From NCBI GenBank assembly GCA_024239035.1, contig JANBVK010000001.1, positions 572,202 to 621,264 on the forward strand: a stretch of DNA of 49,063 bases, read 5' to 3'. This stretch comes from Patescibacteria group bacterium (GTDB taxonomy: Bacteria > Patescibacteriota > Minisyncoccia > UBA6257 > GWB1-50-10). Of the stretch, positions 16,980 to 27,337 are shown one piece after another. The translations under genes were made by a program, and so were the position numbers. The notes under the pieces were generated by a model. The model was not told the DNA's origin and did no database searches. It saw only the letters and a program-made list of their open reading frames with translations. Numbering within the stretch: position 1 is the first letter of the stretch; every line of letters starts with the position of its first letter.

Positions 16980-18518
16980 ATGGAACAGTGCACGGTAGAT
17001 TCAAAGAGAGGCAGGTGGATTTTGGCGGCGACGATATTGGCAAGCGGGATGGCTTTTTTAATTGGCACAGCTTTGAGTATCGCTTTGCCGACGATCCAAG
17101 ACGATTTGGGTGCGGGCATTTCCGGAATGCAATGGGTAGTAAGTGCCCATGTTATCGTTCTCGCCTCATTTCTTCTACTTAGCGGTTCATTAGCGGATCA
17201 TTTTGGCAGGAAGCGCATTTTCAGTTACGGAATTATCGTATTCGTTTTAGGTGCTCTTCTTTCCGCGCTCTCAAAGACAATCGGCGCACTTATTGCTTTT
17301 CAGGCACTTGAGGGTTTGGGGGCGGCAATGATGATCCCGGGGAGTTTAGCGATTATAAACGTTTGTTTTGCCGAGTCCCACCGTGGCCGGGCGATAGGGC
17401 TCTGGGCAGGGTTGGCCGGCGGGATCGCCGCCTTGGGTCCGCTTTTGGGCGGCTGGCTTGTTGAGACGTTTGGCTGGCAGGCGGTTTTTTACATCAACTT
17501 GCCGATTGGTCTTTTAGCGTTTCTTATTACGTTGCGATTTGTGCCGGAGAGCCGAAATCCCGATGCCCGGAAATTAGATTTATTGGGGACACTCTGCATA
17601 ACCCTGGGTCTTTTTGGCATTGCCTACGGCCTTATTCGGGGGCCGATTGCCGGTTGGAATAATCCATTGGTACTCCTTGGTCTTATTGGTGGGGCGCTCG
17701 CGCTTATCCTCTTCGTTATAGTTGAGATGCGCGTGCGCGAGCCGATGGTGCCGCTTAAAATTTTTAAAAACCCCCTTGTTGCCGGCGCCAATCTTGTTAC
17801 GCTTCTTTTATACTTCGCTCTTAACGGATTAATCTTTTTTCTCGTCTTTAACCTGCAGCAGGTTCAGGGTTATACGCCGATATTTGCGGGCTTGAGTCTT
17901 CTGCCGCCCATTATCCTTATAACTTTTCTCTCCGGTCCGGCAGGTTCTCTTGCCGATAAAATTGGTCCGAGATTCCAGATGATTTTGGGCCCGTTCATTG
18001 TTGCCTTCGGAATGGCGCTTTTGATTATCCCCGGGGTCAGTGCTAACTATTTCATTCATTTTTTCCCCGGACTCGTACTCTTCGGCGGCGGTATGGCTCT
18101 TGTTATTGCGCCGCTTACCAAATCAGCGCTCACCGTAGAGCCGAAGTTTTCCGGGTCGGCATCCGGCGTGAATAATACTGCCTCCCGAATTGCCGCTCTC
18201 TTGGCGATTGCAGTTCTGGGCGCCGCTATGGTTTCTGTTTTTACCAGCCGTCTTAACACATCGGTACAAAATTCTTTACTGAGCGGTGAAGAAAAGGTGC
18301 AAATTTTAAGCCAGTCGGATAAGCTTGGAGGAATTGAAATTCCTGACACATTCAGCGAGGAGACTCGCGCCGCCGCAGAGGGCATAATTAAAGAATCGTT
18401 TGTCTATGGATTCCGCCTAATAATGGGGGTAAGTGCGTTACTGGCACTTCTTGGTTCTGGGATAGCTGCGGTTATGATTCATAATCCAGCTTCCCTAAAG
18501 AGACGGGAGTTGACTTGA
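16980..18518 (+). CDS. MFS transporter, 14-TMS DHA2 (EmrB/QacA-like) type
   Basis: 512 aa and about 14 hydrophobic segments. MFS motif A-like GSLADHFGRKR. Confidence 0.75.
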   Translation: MEQCTVDSKRGRWILAATILASGMAFLIGTALSIALPTIQDDLGAGISGMQWVVSAHVIVLASFLLLSGSLADHFGRKRIFSYGIIVFVLGALLSALSKTIGALIAFQALEGLGAAMMIPGSLAIINVCFAESHRGRAIGLWAGLAGGIAALGPLLGGWLVETFGWQAVFYINLPIGLLAFLITLRFVPESRNPDARKLDLLGTLCITLGLFGIAYGLIRGPIAGWNNPLVLLGLIGGALALILFVIVEMRVREPMVPLKIFKNPLVAGANLVTLLLYFALNGLIFFLVFNLQQVQGYTPIFAGLSLLPPIILITFLSGPAGSLADKIGPRFQMILGPFIVAFGMALLIIPGVSANYFIHFFPGLVLFGGGMALVIAPLTKSALTVEPKFSGSASGVNNTASRIAALLAIAVLGAAMVSVFTSRLNTSVQNSLLSGEEKVQILSQSDKLGGIEIPDTFSEETRAAAEGIIKESFVYGFRLIMGVSALLALLGSGIAAVMIHNPASLKRRELT

Positions 18519-18549
18519 AAACAGATAACTTTGAGTTATTATTGAAGTA

Positions 18550-18771
18550 ATGGAGATCACCAATGGCGAAGTAAAACAAGGTGATACTTTTGACGTTGGA
18601 AGTAAGGTATTAAGAAACGGAATGTATGTTTGCGTTCCCTGCGGTTACAGGTCGGAGTTTAGTAGAGGCGATACATTCCCTAGATGTTTCGATTGTCTTA
18701 AAGGAAAGAAATATGAGGGCGATGACTATATAAAAGATCTCGGGTTGTGGGAATTAATAAAAGAAGCTTGA
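18550..18771 (+). CDS. small Zn-ribbon protein, unknown function
   Basis: CVPCGY and CFDC pairs in a 73-aa ORF. Confidence 0.45.
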   Translation: MEITNGEVKQGDTFDVGSKVLRNGMYVCVPCGYRSEFSRGDTFPRCFDCLKGKKYEGDDYIKDLGLWELIKEA

Positions 18772-19148
18772 GAAATGCGAAAGCTGCAAGTTGGGTACTG
18801 CGCATCGTAGTTGCCGGCGAGTTCATCGGGCACGGCGTTTTTGCCCTGCAAGTAAAACAAGGGTGGATTCCTTACTTCACTTCGGTTGGTATTTCCGCCG
18901 GTACCGCTGCAACCCTTATGCCTTTGATCGGTATTATGGACATTGCTCTTGCAGTTCTTATACTTGTTAAGCCAATTCGTCTCATTGTTCTCTGGATGGC
19001 TTTATGGGCGTTTTTGACGGCGCTTATCAGACCGATTGCCGGCGAGCCAATTTGGGATTTCGTTGAGCGCTTTGCAAATTGGGGTGCGCCTCTCGCGCTC
19101 TTTCTCTTGCTTGATTCACCGAGACGTCTAAAGAGAGGAGAAAATTAG
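18747..19148 (+). CDS. small multi-pass membrane protein (DoxX-like?)
   Basis: Four hydrophobic helices. The GTG start overlaps the previous ORF, so the start is uncertain. Confidence 0.4.
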   Translation: MGINKRSLRNAKAASWVLRIVVAGEFIGHGVFALQVKQGWIPYFTSVGISAGTAATLMPLIGIMDIALAVLILVKPIRLIVLWMALWAFLTALIRPIAGEPIWDFVERFANWGAPLALFLLLDSPRRLKRGEN

Positions 19149-19149
19149 A

Positions 19150-20046
19150 ATGAAGACAAGAGACTTTGTAGGTATTATTGGCATAGTTGCTGTGATTGTC
19201 GTTATTGTAGGTCTCTTACAGAAAGTTCAGCTGCTGAATCAGACCGTTCAGTCGTCACAACAGCGAATCGAAAATCTTGAGGAGCAGATTACTGGTTTAC
19301 AATCTCAGTTGGGAAACCTGAAAAACGGAGAAACCCTTTTTAGTAAAAAGTTTAATAAGACAGTTTCCAATGAACCGTTAAAATTACCACCGTATAGTAT
19401 TTTACCGAAGCCTAACTACGACTTGCAGGATTTGGCTCTCGGAATTCACAAACTCATCAACCTTAAGAGAAATGAGGCCGGGCTTGCGCCTATTGTGTGG
19501 GATGACAAGTTAGCAGAGTTAGCTAGTGATCACAGCCGAGATCAAACCAAAGATAACATTGAACTCACCAATCCTGATTTACTGTGTCACTACCCCCTAA
19601 TTCGGCACGAAAGTTTTAGCCTCGGCTTTTATCCTAAAGACAGACTGGAGAATCGCGGTATTACTTATCGGGCAAGCGGGGAGAACCTTGCCGTAGTCTC
19701 CTTTGTTAAAAATGCGATTTATCGATATCCTGACGACACGCCACCCCTTATCTGCCCTGTAATTGAAAAATTTGAATTCAGTGAAGGTAGTCAAGAAGAG
19801 AGGGTTCAACTGTATCAAGAAATTTTAAATGAATCATTGGAAACAGTGAGAACTCTTAGTGCGGTGGAGTGGGTAAACAAGGAATGGTTTTCTAGTGATG
19901 AGATAGAAGAAAGGATAGTTGAGGGTTGGATGGAATCCTCCGGACATCGGCAGAATATTTTAAATCCAGAATTCAATTTTGGAGGGGTTGGTGTTATGGA
20001 GATAAATGAATTTATGATTATAACCCATGATTTCGTTGGTAAATAG
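19150..20046 (+). CDS. membrane-anchored CAP/SCP/PR1-domain protein
   Basis: N-terminal TM helix and coiled coil, then CAP motifs (SGENLAV; GWMESSGHRQNILNPEFNFGGVGV). Confidence 0.7.
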   Translation: MKTRDFVGIIGIVAVIVVIVGLLQKVQLLNQTVQSSQQRIENLEEQITGLQSQLGNLKNGETLFSKKFNKTVSNEPLKLPPYSILPKPNYDLQDLALGIHKLINLKRNEAGLAPIVWDDKLAELASDHSRDQTKDNIELTNPDLLCHYPLIRHESFSLGFYPKDRLENRGITYRASGENLAVVSFVKNAIYRYPDDTPPLICPVIEKFEFSEGSQEERVQLYQEILNESLETVRTLSAVEWVNKEWFSSDEIEERIVEGWMESSGHRQNILNPEFNFGGVGVMEINEFMIITHDFVGK

Positions 20047-20107
20047 CTTATTACGTCCTTGTGGATTATTTTTTGGCGGCTGATCAGAATATGCTATAAT
20101 ACACGTT

Positions 20108-20497
20108 ATGGATATTTTATTTTTAATAGGTCGGATAATCTTTGGGGGATACTTCATAATGAGTGGGATTAACCACTTTACGAAGCATGAGATGATGGTT
20201 GGTTATTCGGAGTCGAAAGGGGTGAAAGGAGCGAGTTTTTGGGTATACGTGAGCGGGCTTGTAATTCTTCTGGGAGGGCTGGGAGTGCTTTTGGGTGTAT
20301 ATATTGGACTCTCGGTACTGCTTTTGGTGGTTTTTCTTCTGGTGACTTCTTTTAAGATGCATGCTTTCTGGACGGTGACCGACCCAATGATGAAGATGCC
20401 GGAGATGGTTAATTTTATGAAAAACATGGCGCTCGTTGGTGCAGCTCTCATGATCCTTGGAGTCCCCACTCCTTGGCCTTTCAGTTTATTTCTATAG
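20108..20497 (+). CDS. DoxX-family membrane protein
   Basis: LIGRIIFGGYFIMSGINHF at the N-terminus and four TM helices in 129 aa. Confidence 0.65.
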   Translation: MDILFLIGRIIFGGYFIMSGINHFTKHEMMVGYSESKGVKGASFWVYVSGLVILLGGLGVLLGVYIGLSVLLLVVFLLVTSFKMHAFWTVTDPMMKMPEMVNFMKNMALVGAALMILGVPTPWPFSLFL

Positions 20498-20551
20498 ATT
20501 TGTAATTTAGATCAAAGCACCCCAATCTACGGGGTGTTTTGAATAAAATAG

Positions 20552-21550
20552 ATGGCCGTATTGTCCTACACTCTTATTATTTTTGCCGCGTTCGGCGGTT
20601 TTTTGCTCTCACTCTACATCCGCCACAAGAAGCAAAGAGGCGAGAAAATGATTTGTATTGTAGGTTCCGACTGTGACTCAGTTGTCCAGAGTGACTACTC
20701 GCTATTTTTGGGCATGCCAGTTGAATTACTTGGTCTTTTTTATTACGGCCTAATAGGGATAAGTTACGGAATTTTTCTTGCTGTCCCGCATTTTACCTCT
20801 CCTTTGTTAATTTTTAGCGTTCTGGTTTTCTCAACCGTTGCTCTTCTCTTTTCACTCTATCTAATTTTCATTCAAGCATTTGTGCTCCATAGATGGTGCA
20901 CTTGGTGTTTAATGTCGGCGGGGTTCTCTGCTGTTATTTTTATCTTTGCTCTTGTTGGTTCGGAGTTTGGTTTTATCACCCTTCTTAGTCAGCATCACGA
21001 ATTAATTGCGGTTCTTCATATAATTAGTGCAGCGGTGGGTTTGGGTAGCGCTACTGTTACCGACGTTCTTTTCTTTAAGTTTTTGAAAGATTTTAAAATT
21101 TCTGAGTGGGAAGCAGGGGTCTTGAGAGTATTATCGCAGATAATTTGGTTTGCTTTGGCGGTGGTTGTTATAAGCGGGGTTGGTCTTTATCTTCCGGAGA
21201 TGGCGGAACTCAACCAAACGCCGAAATTTCTGGTAAAGGTAATCGCGGTACTGGTGATAATTGTTAACGGAGCTTTCTTAAATCTTTTAGTAACCCCCCG
21301 GTTAGTAAAAATTTCGTTTGGGAAAAAGCATCATCATGAAATTGGCGAGCTTCATCACACCCGTAAAATTGCCTTTGCTCTCGGGGCAACTTCGATTATT
21401 TCCTGGTATTCGGCGTTTATTTTGGGGTCTCTGCGATCACTTGTTATTAACTTCGCGCCGCTTCTTTTGATTTACCTCTCGCTGCTCGCCCTCGGGATAG
21501 TAATTAGTCAATTATTTGAGCATTTATTTATTAAAAGATCGGGTGAGTAA
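20552..21550 (+). CDS. VKOR-family thiol oxidoreductase fused to an extra multi-TM domain
   Basis: Loop Cys pair CIVGSDCDSV and active-site CTWC in the first ~130 aa. About five further TM helices with a His-rich loop (KKHHHEIGELHH) follow. Confidence 0.65.
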   Translation: MAVLSYTLIIFAAFGGFLLSLYIRHKKQRGEKMICIVGSDCDSVVQSDYSLFLGMPVELLGLFYYGLIGISYGIFLAVPHFTSPLLIFSVLVFSTVALLFSLYLIFIQAFVLHRWCTWCLMSAGFSAVIFIFALVGSEFGFITLLSQHHELIAVLHIISAAVGLGSATVTDVLFFKFLKDFKISEWEAGVLRVLSQIIWFALAVVVISGVGLYLPEMAELNQTPKFLVKVIAVLVIIVNGAFLNLLVTPRLVKISFGKKHHHEIGELHHTRKIAFALGATSIISWYSAFILGSLRSLVINFAPLLLIYLSLLALGIVISQLFEHLFIKRSGE

Positions 21551-21571
21551 ATACAAGAGGGAAGAACGAAA

Positions 21572-21601
21572 GAAAAACCCCGACCTAAGTCGGGGTTTTT
21601 A
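21572..21601. terminator. bidirectional terminator between convergent genes
   Basis: AAAAA-CCCCGAC-CTAA-GTCGGGG-TTTTT. Confidence 0.8.
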
Positions 21602-21605
21602 TGAT

Positions 21606-21800
21606 TTAACGAAAGTCCCTTCGGAACGATCGGCTCTCACGGTGGCAGTCGTAACACTTTAGCTGGTCAAGTCGGTTTGGATCGGGATCAAAAGGAAGAC
21701 TAGTTATTTCTTTACTGCATTTTGAACACTTCCAGTTTCCTTGAAAACTTTTCTGCCCGAAACCACCGCCACCACCACCTTCGTCTTGCTGAAACGCCAT
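21606..21800 (-). CDS. small Gly-rich double-CxxC zinc-ribbon protein
   Basis: GGGGGG tract followed by CSKC ... PFDPDP ... CYDC. It resembles the CxxC-x17-CxxC-type small proteins, although the spacer here is 20 residues. Confidence 0.5.
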   Translation of the reverse strand: MAFQQDEGGGGGGFGQKSFQGNWKCSKCSKEITSLPFDPDPNRLDQLKCYDCHRESRSFRRDFR

Positions 21801-21944
21801 TTTGCTTTTTTATTTTTTGCGACCTTTTCAGGATTCTAAGCAAAAAGGCATACCAGCCGATTTTAGCTCAAGTTAATCCTCTATAGTTAGTTATTGTAGG
21901 GGTGGTGTTCTAGTTCGTCAACCCATATGTTCTATAATTAATTA

Positions 21945-23087
21945 ATGAAATCTTTTCAGAGAGCGTGGGTTGTGGCGGCGGAGATGGGTTACGGGCACAT
22001 GCGGGCAGCAAGGCCCTTGCGGGGCATTGCTGAGGGCGGAGAGATAATCCCGGCCGACAATTATGAAAATATCCCCGGGCGCGATCGCCGGATTTGGGTA
22101 AATTCAAGGAAATTTTATAACTTTATCTCACTCCTTAGCGATAAAGGACCTCCCGGCCGACTAATTTTTAATATTTTTGATTATTTTCAGAAAATTGAGG
22201 CAGTGGAAAAGAAGCAAATAAAGCCGACTTTTCAGCTGAAGCAGGGTTATGCGCTAATCAAAGGCGGTTGGGGGAAAGACTTGGTTGAAAAATTAAATGA
22301 CAAAAGACTTCCTTTGATTACGACTTTTTTCACCATCGGCCAGATGGCCGAGGTTTGGGGTTATAAAGGTGAAATTTATGTTCTCACGACCGATTCTGAT
22401 ATCTCCCGGGTTTGGGCCCCTTTGAATCCAAAAAAGAGCCGGATAAATTATTTGGCCTCAACCCGGCGGGCGGCAGAACACTTAGAAAGTTACGGCGTAA
22501 ATACCCAAAAAATACATTTGACAGGCTTCCCCTTACCCCGGGAATTAGTGATTAAGTCGCCGCTTTTCAAATCCGAGAAACCTCTTACAATTACTTTTGC
22601 CGTGGGCGGGGCCGGCGTCCAGGCAAAAATCGGAAAAGAAATCATCAAGAGTCTTACACCTTTAATCAGGGAAAAGAAAATCATTCTTAACATAATTTTG
22701 GGTACTCATCGCAATCTTGTTTCCCAATTTAGAGAAAAACCGGGTGTTCATATTTTCTCCTGCGAGACGAAAGAAGAATACTTTAATTCTTTCAATAAAA
22801 TTATTTCCGAGACTGACGTTTTGTGGACTAAACCCTCAGAACTCTCGTTTTACGCCGGCTTGGGTTTGCCGGTCATCATCGCTCCGCCTCTGGGAGCGCA
22901 GGAGGAAAAAAATAGAGAATGGCTTTTAAAACTTGGAGCGGGAATTGACCAGAGCAATCCCGCTGAAGCTTATAAGTGGCTTCCTAAGCTTTTGAAATCC
23001 GGCCAGCTGGCTGAAGCGGCAAAAGCCGGCTTTGAAAAAATTGAAAAAAACGCCGTGGAGAATATTTCTAAAATTGTACTAGGATGA
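21945..23087 (+). CDS. GT28/MGDG-synthase-like glycosyltransferase
   Basis: N-terminal GYGHMRAA motif and a C-terminal GT-B donor-binding region (TKPSELSFYAGLGLPVIIAPPLGAQEEKN). Confidence 0.5.
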   Translation: MKSFQRAWVVAAEMGYGHMRAARPLRGIAEGGEIIPADNYENIPGRDRRIWVNSRKFYNFISLLSDKGPPGRLIFNIFDYFQKIEAVEKKQIKPTFQLKQGYALIKGGWGKDLVEKLNDKRLPLITTFFTIGQMAEVWGYKGEIYVLTTDSDISRVWAPLNPKKSRINYLASTRRAAEHLESYGVNTQKIHLTGFPLPRELVIKSPLFKSEKPLTITFAVGGAGVQAKIGKEIIKSLTPLIREKKIILNIILGTHRNLVSQFREKPGVHIFSCETKEEYFNSFNKIISETDVLWTKPSELSFYAGLGLPVIIAPPLGAQEEKNREWLLKLGAGIDQSNPAEAYKWLPKLLKSGQLAEAAKAGFEKIEKNAVENISKIVLG

Positions 23088-24007
23088 CTTGGCTTTGGGT
23101 AACAATTATTGCTTACGCTATTTTGGGATTTGTTTCGGTTGTTGACCGATATCTTTTATCCGGGCCCCTGCCCAGTCCCAAGGCCTACACTTTTTACGTG
23201 GGTTCCTTAGGAATGTTTGTTTTTCTCTTGACGCCCATTTTTGGGCTCACCGTTCTTCCGGGTTTGGAGATGGCAGTCGCGTTTCTTTCCGGATTTCTTT
23301 TTGTGGCCGCGCTCTTCTTTCTTTACTCCGGTCTCCACAAATTTGAGGCATCGCGGGTGGTGCCGGCAATGGGCGGGCTTATTCCCATTTTTACTTTAAT
23401 TTTCAGTTTTCTTGTTTTTCGGGAAGGGGTAATAAACGGTACTGACCTCGTTGCGTTTATCCTCCTTATTTTTGGGAGTATCACCATAACGATTAAGAGA
23501 GAAAAGAAGATAACACTGCCGAGTTTGAAATTTGCCGGTGGCGCGGCACTGCTTTTCGCTCTTTCTTTTGTCCTTGCTAAATATGTTTATCTTACGGCGT
23601 CATTCTGGTCGCCTTTTGTCTGGATGCGTGTCGGTGGCTTCATTTTTGCGGCAGGTATTTTTGCTTTTTCGCACGATTTGCGCCGGACACTTTTCACTAA
23701 AAAAACTAAGGAACCCAAACGAACAAGGAAAACAGCAGTCATATTTCTAGGTAATCAGGTATTGGGCGCTGGCGGGAGCGTCTTGCAAAACGTTGCCATT
23801 TTTCTTGTGCCGGCACTCCATATCGCTTTTGTAAGCGCCCTTGAGGGAATTATTTACGTCTTCGTTCTGATCTACACCGCCCTCGCTTCAATCTTTTTAC
23901 CGCATTTGATTAATGAAGTTTTCACCAAGAAAACGGCGCTCCAGAAAGCAGTCGCTACGGTTTTGATTGTCGCGGGAATACTGATTCTATCCTTAAGCGG
24001 CCAATGA
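23084..24007 (+). CDS. 10-TM membrane protein, DMT/EamA-like
   Basis: ATGA overlap with the upstream gene. The hydrophobic pattern looks like two duplicated 5-TM halves. Confidence 0.4.
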   Translation: MTWLWVTIIAYAILGFVSVVDRYLLSGPLPSPKAYTFYVGSLGMFVFLLTPIFGLTVLPGLEMAVAFLSGFLFVAALFFLYSGLHKFEASRVVPAMGGLIPIFTLIFSFLVFREGVINGTDLVAFILLIFGSITITIKREKKITLPSLKFAGGAALLFALSFVLAKYVYLTASFWSPFVWMRVGGFIFAAGIFAFSHDLRRTLFTKKTKEPKRTRKTAVIFLGNQVLGAGGSVLQNVAIFLVPALHIAFVSALEGIIYVFVLIYTALASIFLPHLINEVFTKKTALQKAVATVLIVAGILILSLSGQ

Positions 24008-24023
24008 CAGCAATTAAACTGCT

Positions 24024-25034
24024 ATGATGCATCACAGAGGCAATACAATGAAAAAAATTATTAAATATATTGCCGTAATCTTATTAATAGTTGTTGTTGC
24101 TGCCTTCTCGTTTTTCTTCGTTGGCAGTAATGAACCGAGAGAGGACATCCGTTGGGGAGCGAATTTCTCCTATAAGCATGCTGAAAATCTGGGATTGGAT
24201 TGGCGGGAAACTTATATCGCGCTCCTTGATGATTTGAAAGTAAGGCGTATCAAACTTATTACCCAATGGAATCTTTTGGAGCCCAATGACGGTCAGTTTG
24301 ATTTTAGTGATATTGATTGGCAGATTAATGAGGCTGAGCAGCGCGGGGTAAAAGTACTTTTAGTTGCCGGCATGAAGACGCCGCGGTATCCGGAATGCCA
24401 TATTCCTGACTGGGCAGCAGGTCTTAATAAAGAATCCCGAGAGAATCGGGTGTTAGGGCTTCTAGAGACGGTAGTTCTTCGATATAAGGCATCATCTGCC
24501 ATCTGGGCATGGCAGGTTGAGAATGAACCGTTATTTCCTTTCGGGAAATGCCCCCCCAAAGACAAAAACTTCTTAAAGGAAGAAGTTAATTTAGTAAAAA
24601 AACTTGATCCGACCCGGCCCGTTGTTATCACCGACAGCGGCGAGTGGTCTCTGTGGTTTGATGTGGCAAAGATAGGGGACGTGGTAGGCACGACGCTCTA
24701 TCGGAAAGTTTGGTTTGATTCCTTAAACATCTACACGCCTTATCCTCTGCCGTCCGTGTTTTACGGCAGAAAAGCTATCCTTATAAAGAAACTTTTCAAT
24801 AAAGAAGTGATTAACGTTGAACTTCAAGCTGAACCATGGGGACCGATGCTTCTCTATGATTTACCATTAGAAGAACAGGAAAAAACAATGAACCCTGAAA
24901 GGTTCAGGAATGTTATAGAGTTTGCTAAGAAAACCGGTCTTCGTGAATTCTATTTTTGGGGAGTAGAATGGTGGTATTGGTCGAAACTGCAGGGTAACGA
25001 TGTAATTTGGGAAGAGGCGAGGAGTTTGTTTTAG
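24024..25034 (+). CDS. membrane-anchored clan GH-A glycoside hydrolase (GH5/GH42-like)
   Basis: N-terminal TM helix. WAWQVENEP carries the acid/base Glu motif and LQAEPWG is the probable nucleophile region. An alternative start is ATG 24048. Confidence 0.5.
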   Translation: MMHHRGNTMKKIIKYIAVILLIVVVAAFSFFFVGSNEPREDIRWGANFSYKHAENLGLDWRETYIALLDDLKVRRIKLITQWNLLEPNDGQFDFSDIDWQINEAEQRGVKVLLVAGMKTPRYPECHIPDWAAGLNKESRENRVLGLLETVVLRYKASSAIWAWQVENEPLFPFGKCPPKDKNFLKEEVNLVKKLDPTRPVVITDSGEWSLWFDVAKIGDVVGTTLYRKVWFDSLNIYTPYPLPSVFYGRKAILIKKLFNKEVINVELQAEPWGPMLLYDLPLEEQEKTMNPERFRNVIEFAKKTGLREFYFWGVEWWYWSKLQGNDVIWEEARSLF

Positions 25035-25045
25035 TGTAAATATTT

Positions 25046-27136
25046 ATGTCAGAACAGAGTAATATCTATACCTGTCCGATGCATCCGGACATCCAAAAAG
25101 AAAATCCCGGTCTCTGCCCCGAATGCGGAATGAATCTTATTGAGAGTAAATCAAAAAGAAAGAAAAAGGGTACCAAGCATGTTCCTAATGTTTTCGTTCT
25201 AAAGTTTTGGGTGAGTTTTATTTTATCCATTCCGGTAGTGTTATATTCCGACATTGTGCAGACGCTTTTTAGTTGGCAGCCGCCGGCTTTCCCTGGATCA
25301 AGGTATATACCTTTTTTCCTCGGCTCAATTATATTTTTCTACGGCGGCTGGATTTTTATCGCTAGCGCTTGGAGAGAGCTAAGAGCAAAGCTGCCGGGCA
25401 TGATGACGCTCATCACTCTTGCGATACTAACCGCCTACATATATAGCGTTTACGTCACTATCGTGGGGAGGGGAAATACGCTCTTTTGGGAGCTTGCGAC
25501 CTTAATTACTGTGATGCTTTTGGGTCATTGGATTGAGATGAGAGCGGTTCAGGGAGCTCAAGGCGCTTTAAGGGAGCTCTCTAAGCTTCTGCCGGATACA
25601 GCCGAGGTTGTACGCGGCGGAAAAACGGCAATTATCCCTTTAAATAAGCTAAAGGTCAGCGATGTTGTCTTTGTAAGACCCGGCGCCAAGATTCCCACTG
25701 ACGGAATTATAGTGGAAGGGAAATCTGAAGTGGATGAATCAATGGTGACCGGTGAATCAGCGCCGGTTATGAAAAATATCGGCAACGAAACGATCGCCGG
25801 CACCTTAAACGGTGACGGGTCTTTAAAGATTAAGGTTACAAAAATTGGCGAACACACATTTTTGGCCGGGGTGGTGCGATTAGTCGCTGAAGCTCAAGCG
25901 TCAAAGTCTCGTCTTCAAGTTTTATCTGATCGGGCGGCATTTTATTTAACAATTATTGCAATTGTCTCCGGTGTTGCTGCTTTTGGTTCTTGGATTTTTT
26001 TTAGCGAACGAGATTTTGCTTTTGCTATTGAAAGATTAGTGGCAGTTCTTGTAATTGCTTGTCCTCACGCATTAGGTTTGGCAATCCCATTAGTCTCGTC
26101 AATCTCTACAACACTTGCTGCTAAGAATGGATTTTTAATACGACAACGGTTATCACTTGAGGCGGCTCGGAATATTGATGTTGTACTCTTTGATAAAACC
26201 GGCACTTTAACTAAAGGAGAATATGGCGTGGAAAAAATAATCGCTAATGGCTCAGAAACCAATGATAAACTTTTACAACTTGCCGCATCGGTGGATAGTC
26301 ATTCAGAACATTTTATTTCAAAAGCAATAGTGAAGGCAGCAGAAGATAAAGGATTGACTATTTTGGAAGTGAAAAATTTTCAAAGAGTACCGGGGAAAGG
26401 TGTGAACGGTGATGTTCAAGGAAACAGCGTGCTTGTAGGAGGTGAGGCAATTTTGGGTGAAGCAAAGATAAAAGTTCCCGGCGAGATAAAATTAAAAATA
26501 AAAAAACTTACTAAGCAAAGAGAAACGATTGTTTACGTTATCTCTAATAAAAAGTTAATGGGGATAATTTCTTTAAGCGATATAATTCGTGACGAGTCAC
26601 GCGAAGCTATTTCAGAATTGAAAGCACTCGGAATAAAAACAGCGATGGTTACCGGTGATTCTTATGATGTGGCAGAACGGATTGCTTCGGAGCTGGGAAT
26701 TGATGAGTATTTTGCAAAAGTTTTACCGGGCGAAAAAGCCGAAAAAGTGAGAATTCTTCAATCAAAAGGATTGAAGGTAGCAATGGTAGGTGATGGGATT
26801 AACGACGCTCCTGCTCTCACCCAGGCTGATCTTGGAATCGCGATTGGCGCTGGAACAAACGTGGCGATTGAGTCAGCGGGGATTATTCTCGTCCGCAACG
26901 ATCCCCGAGATATTACCACTATTATTAGGCTTTCTCGAGCTACTTACTCAAAAATGGTGCAAAACCTGTTTTGGGCAACCGGATATAATGTCATTGCCCT
27001 GCCGCTTGCGGCCGGAGTATTTGTATCACAAGGGATTATCCTTCAACCGGCACTTGCCGCACTTCTTATGTCTCTTAGTACGGTGATTGTAGCTGTGAAC
27101 GCTATGCTTTTGAGGTGGCGAGGATTGAAACGATAG
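25046..27136 (+). CDS. copB: P1B-type copper-translocating ATPase (CPH-motif, CopB-like)
   Basis: N-terminal YTCPMHPDI...CPECGMNL metal-binding domain, TM CPH motif (ACPHALGLA), DKTGTLT, TGES and GDGINDAP. Confidence 0.85.
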   Translation: MSEQSNIYTCPMHPDIQKENPGLCPECGMNLIESKSKRKKKGTKHVPNVFVLKFWVSFILSIPVVLYSDIVQTLFSWQPPAFPGSRYIPFFLGSIIFFYGGWIFIASAWRELRAKLPGMMTLITLAILTAYIYSVYVTIVGRGNTLFWELATLITVMLLGHWIEMRAVQGAQGALRELSKLLPDTAEVVRGGKTAIIPLNKLKVSDVVFVRPGAKIPTDGIIVEGKSEVDESMVTGESAPVMKNIGNETIAGTLNGDGSLKIKVTKIGEHTFLAGVVRLVAEAQASKSRLQVLSDRAAFYLTIIAIVSGVAAFGSWIFFSERDFAFAIERLVAVLVIACPHALGLAIPLVSSISTTLAAKNGFLIRQRLSLEAARNIDVVLFDKTGTLTKGEYGVEKIIANGSETNDKLLQLAASVDSHSEHFISKAIVKAAEDKGLTILEVKNFQRVPGKGVNGDVQGNSVLVGGEAILGEAKIKVPGEIKLKIKKLTKQRETIVYVISNKKLMGIISLSDIIRDESREAISELKALGIKTAMVTGDSYDVAERIASELGIDEYFAKVLPGEKAEKVRILQSKGLKVAMVGDGINDAPALTQADLGIAIGAGTNVAIESAGIILVRNDPRDITTIIRLSRATYSKMVQNLFWATGYNVIALPLAAGVFVSQGIILQPALAALLMSLSTVIVAVNAMLLRWRGLKR

Positions 27137-27337
27137 TTGAAAAACTTCGCTAGCAACCTATAATTAGTTTTAAAAATTAAAAGGATATCATTTGTTAAAA
27201 AAATATGATTGGAAGAATTGAGTTTTGGTTGTTTATAATTATTGCTTTTGTTCTGGTCTCTTGGATTTACCGTCTTAATTTAATTTCCTAAAAAGAGTTG
27301 GTTGAGAAGCTTACTCCCTTAAGATATACTGGGTGTA

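Noticed and set aside
21910-22107. 65-aa minus-strand ORF overlapping the start of the glycosyltransferase gene
   Set aside because: It is Pro/Arg-rich, antisense to a supported gene, and overlaps the promoter region of the real minus-strand gene at 21606-21800.
27205-27291. 28-aa hydrophobic mini-ORF (MIGRIEFWLFIIIAFVLVSWIYRLNLIS) in the copB/Cas4-like spacer
   Set aside because: It is plausible as a small membrane peptide, but there is no SD at useful spacing and no way to test conservation here. Not called.
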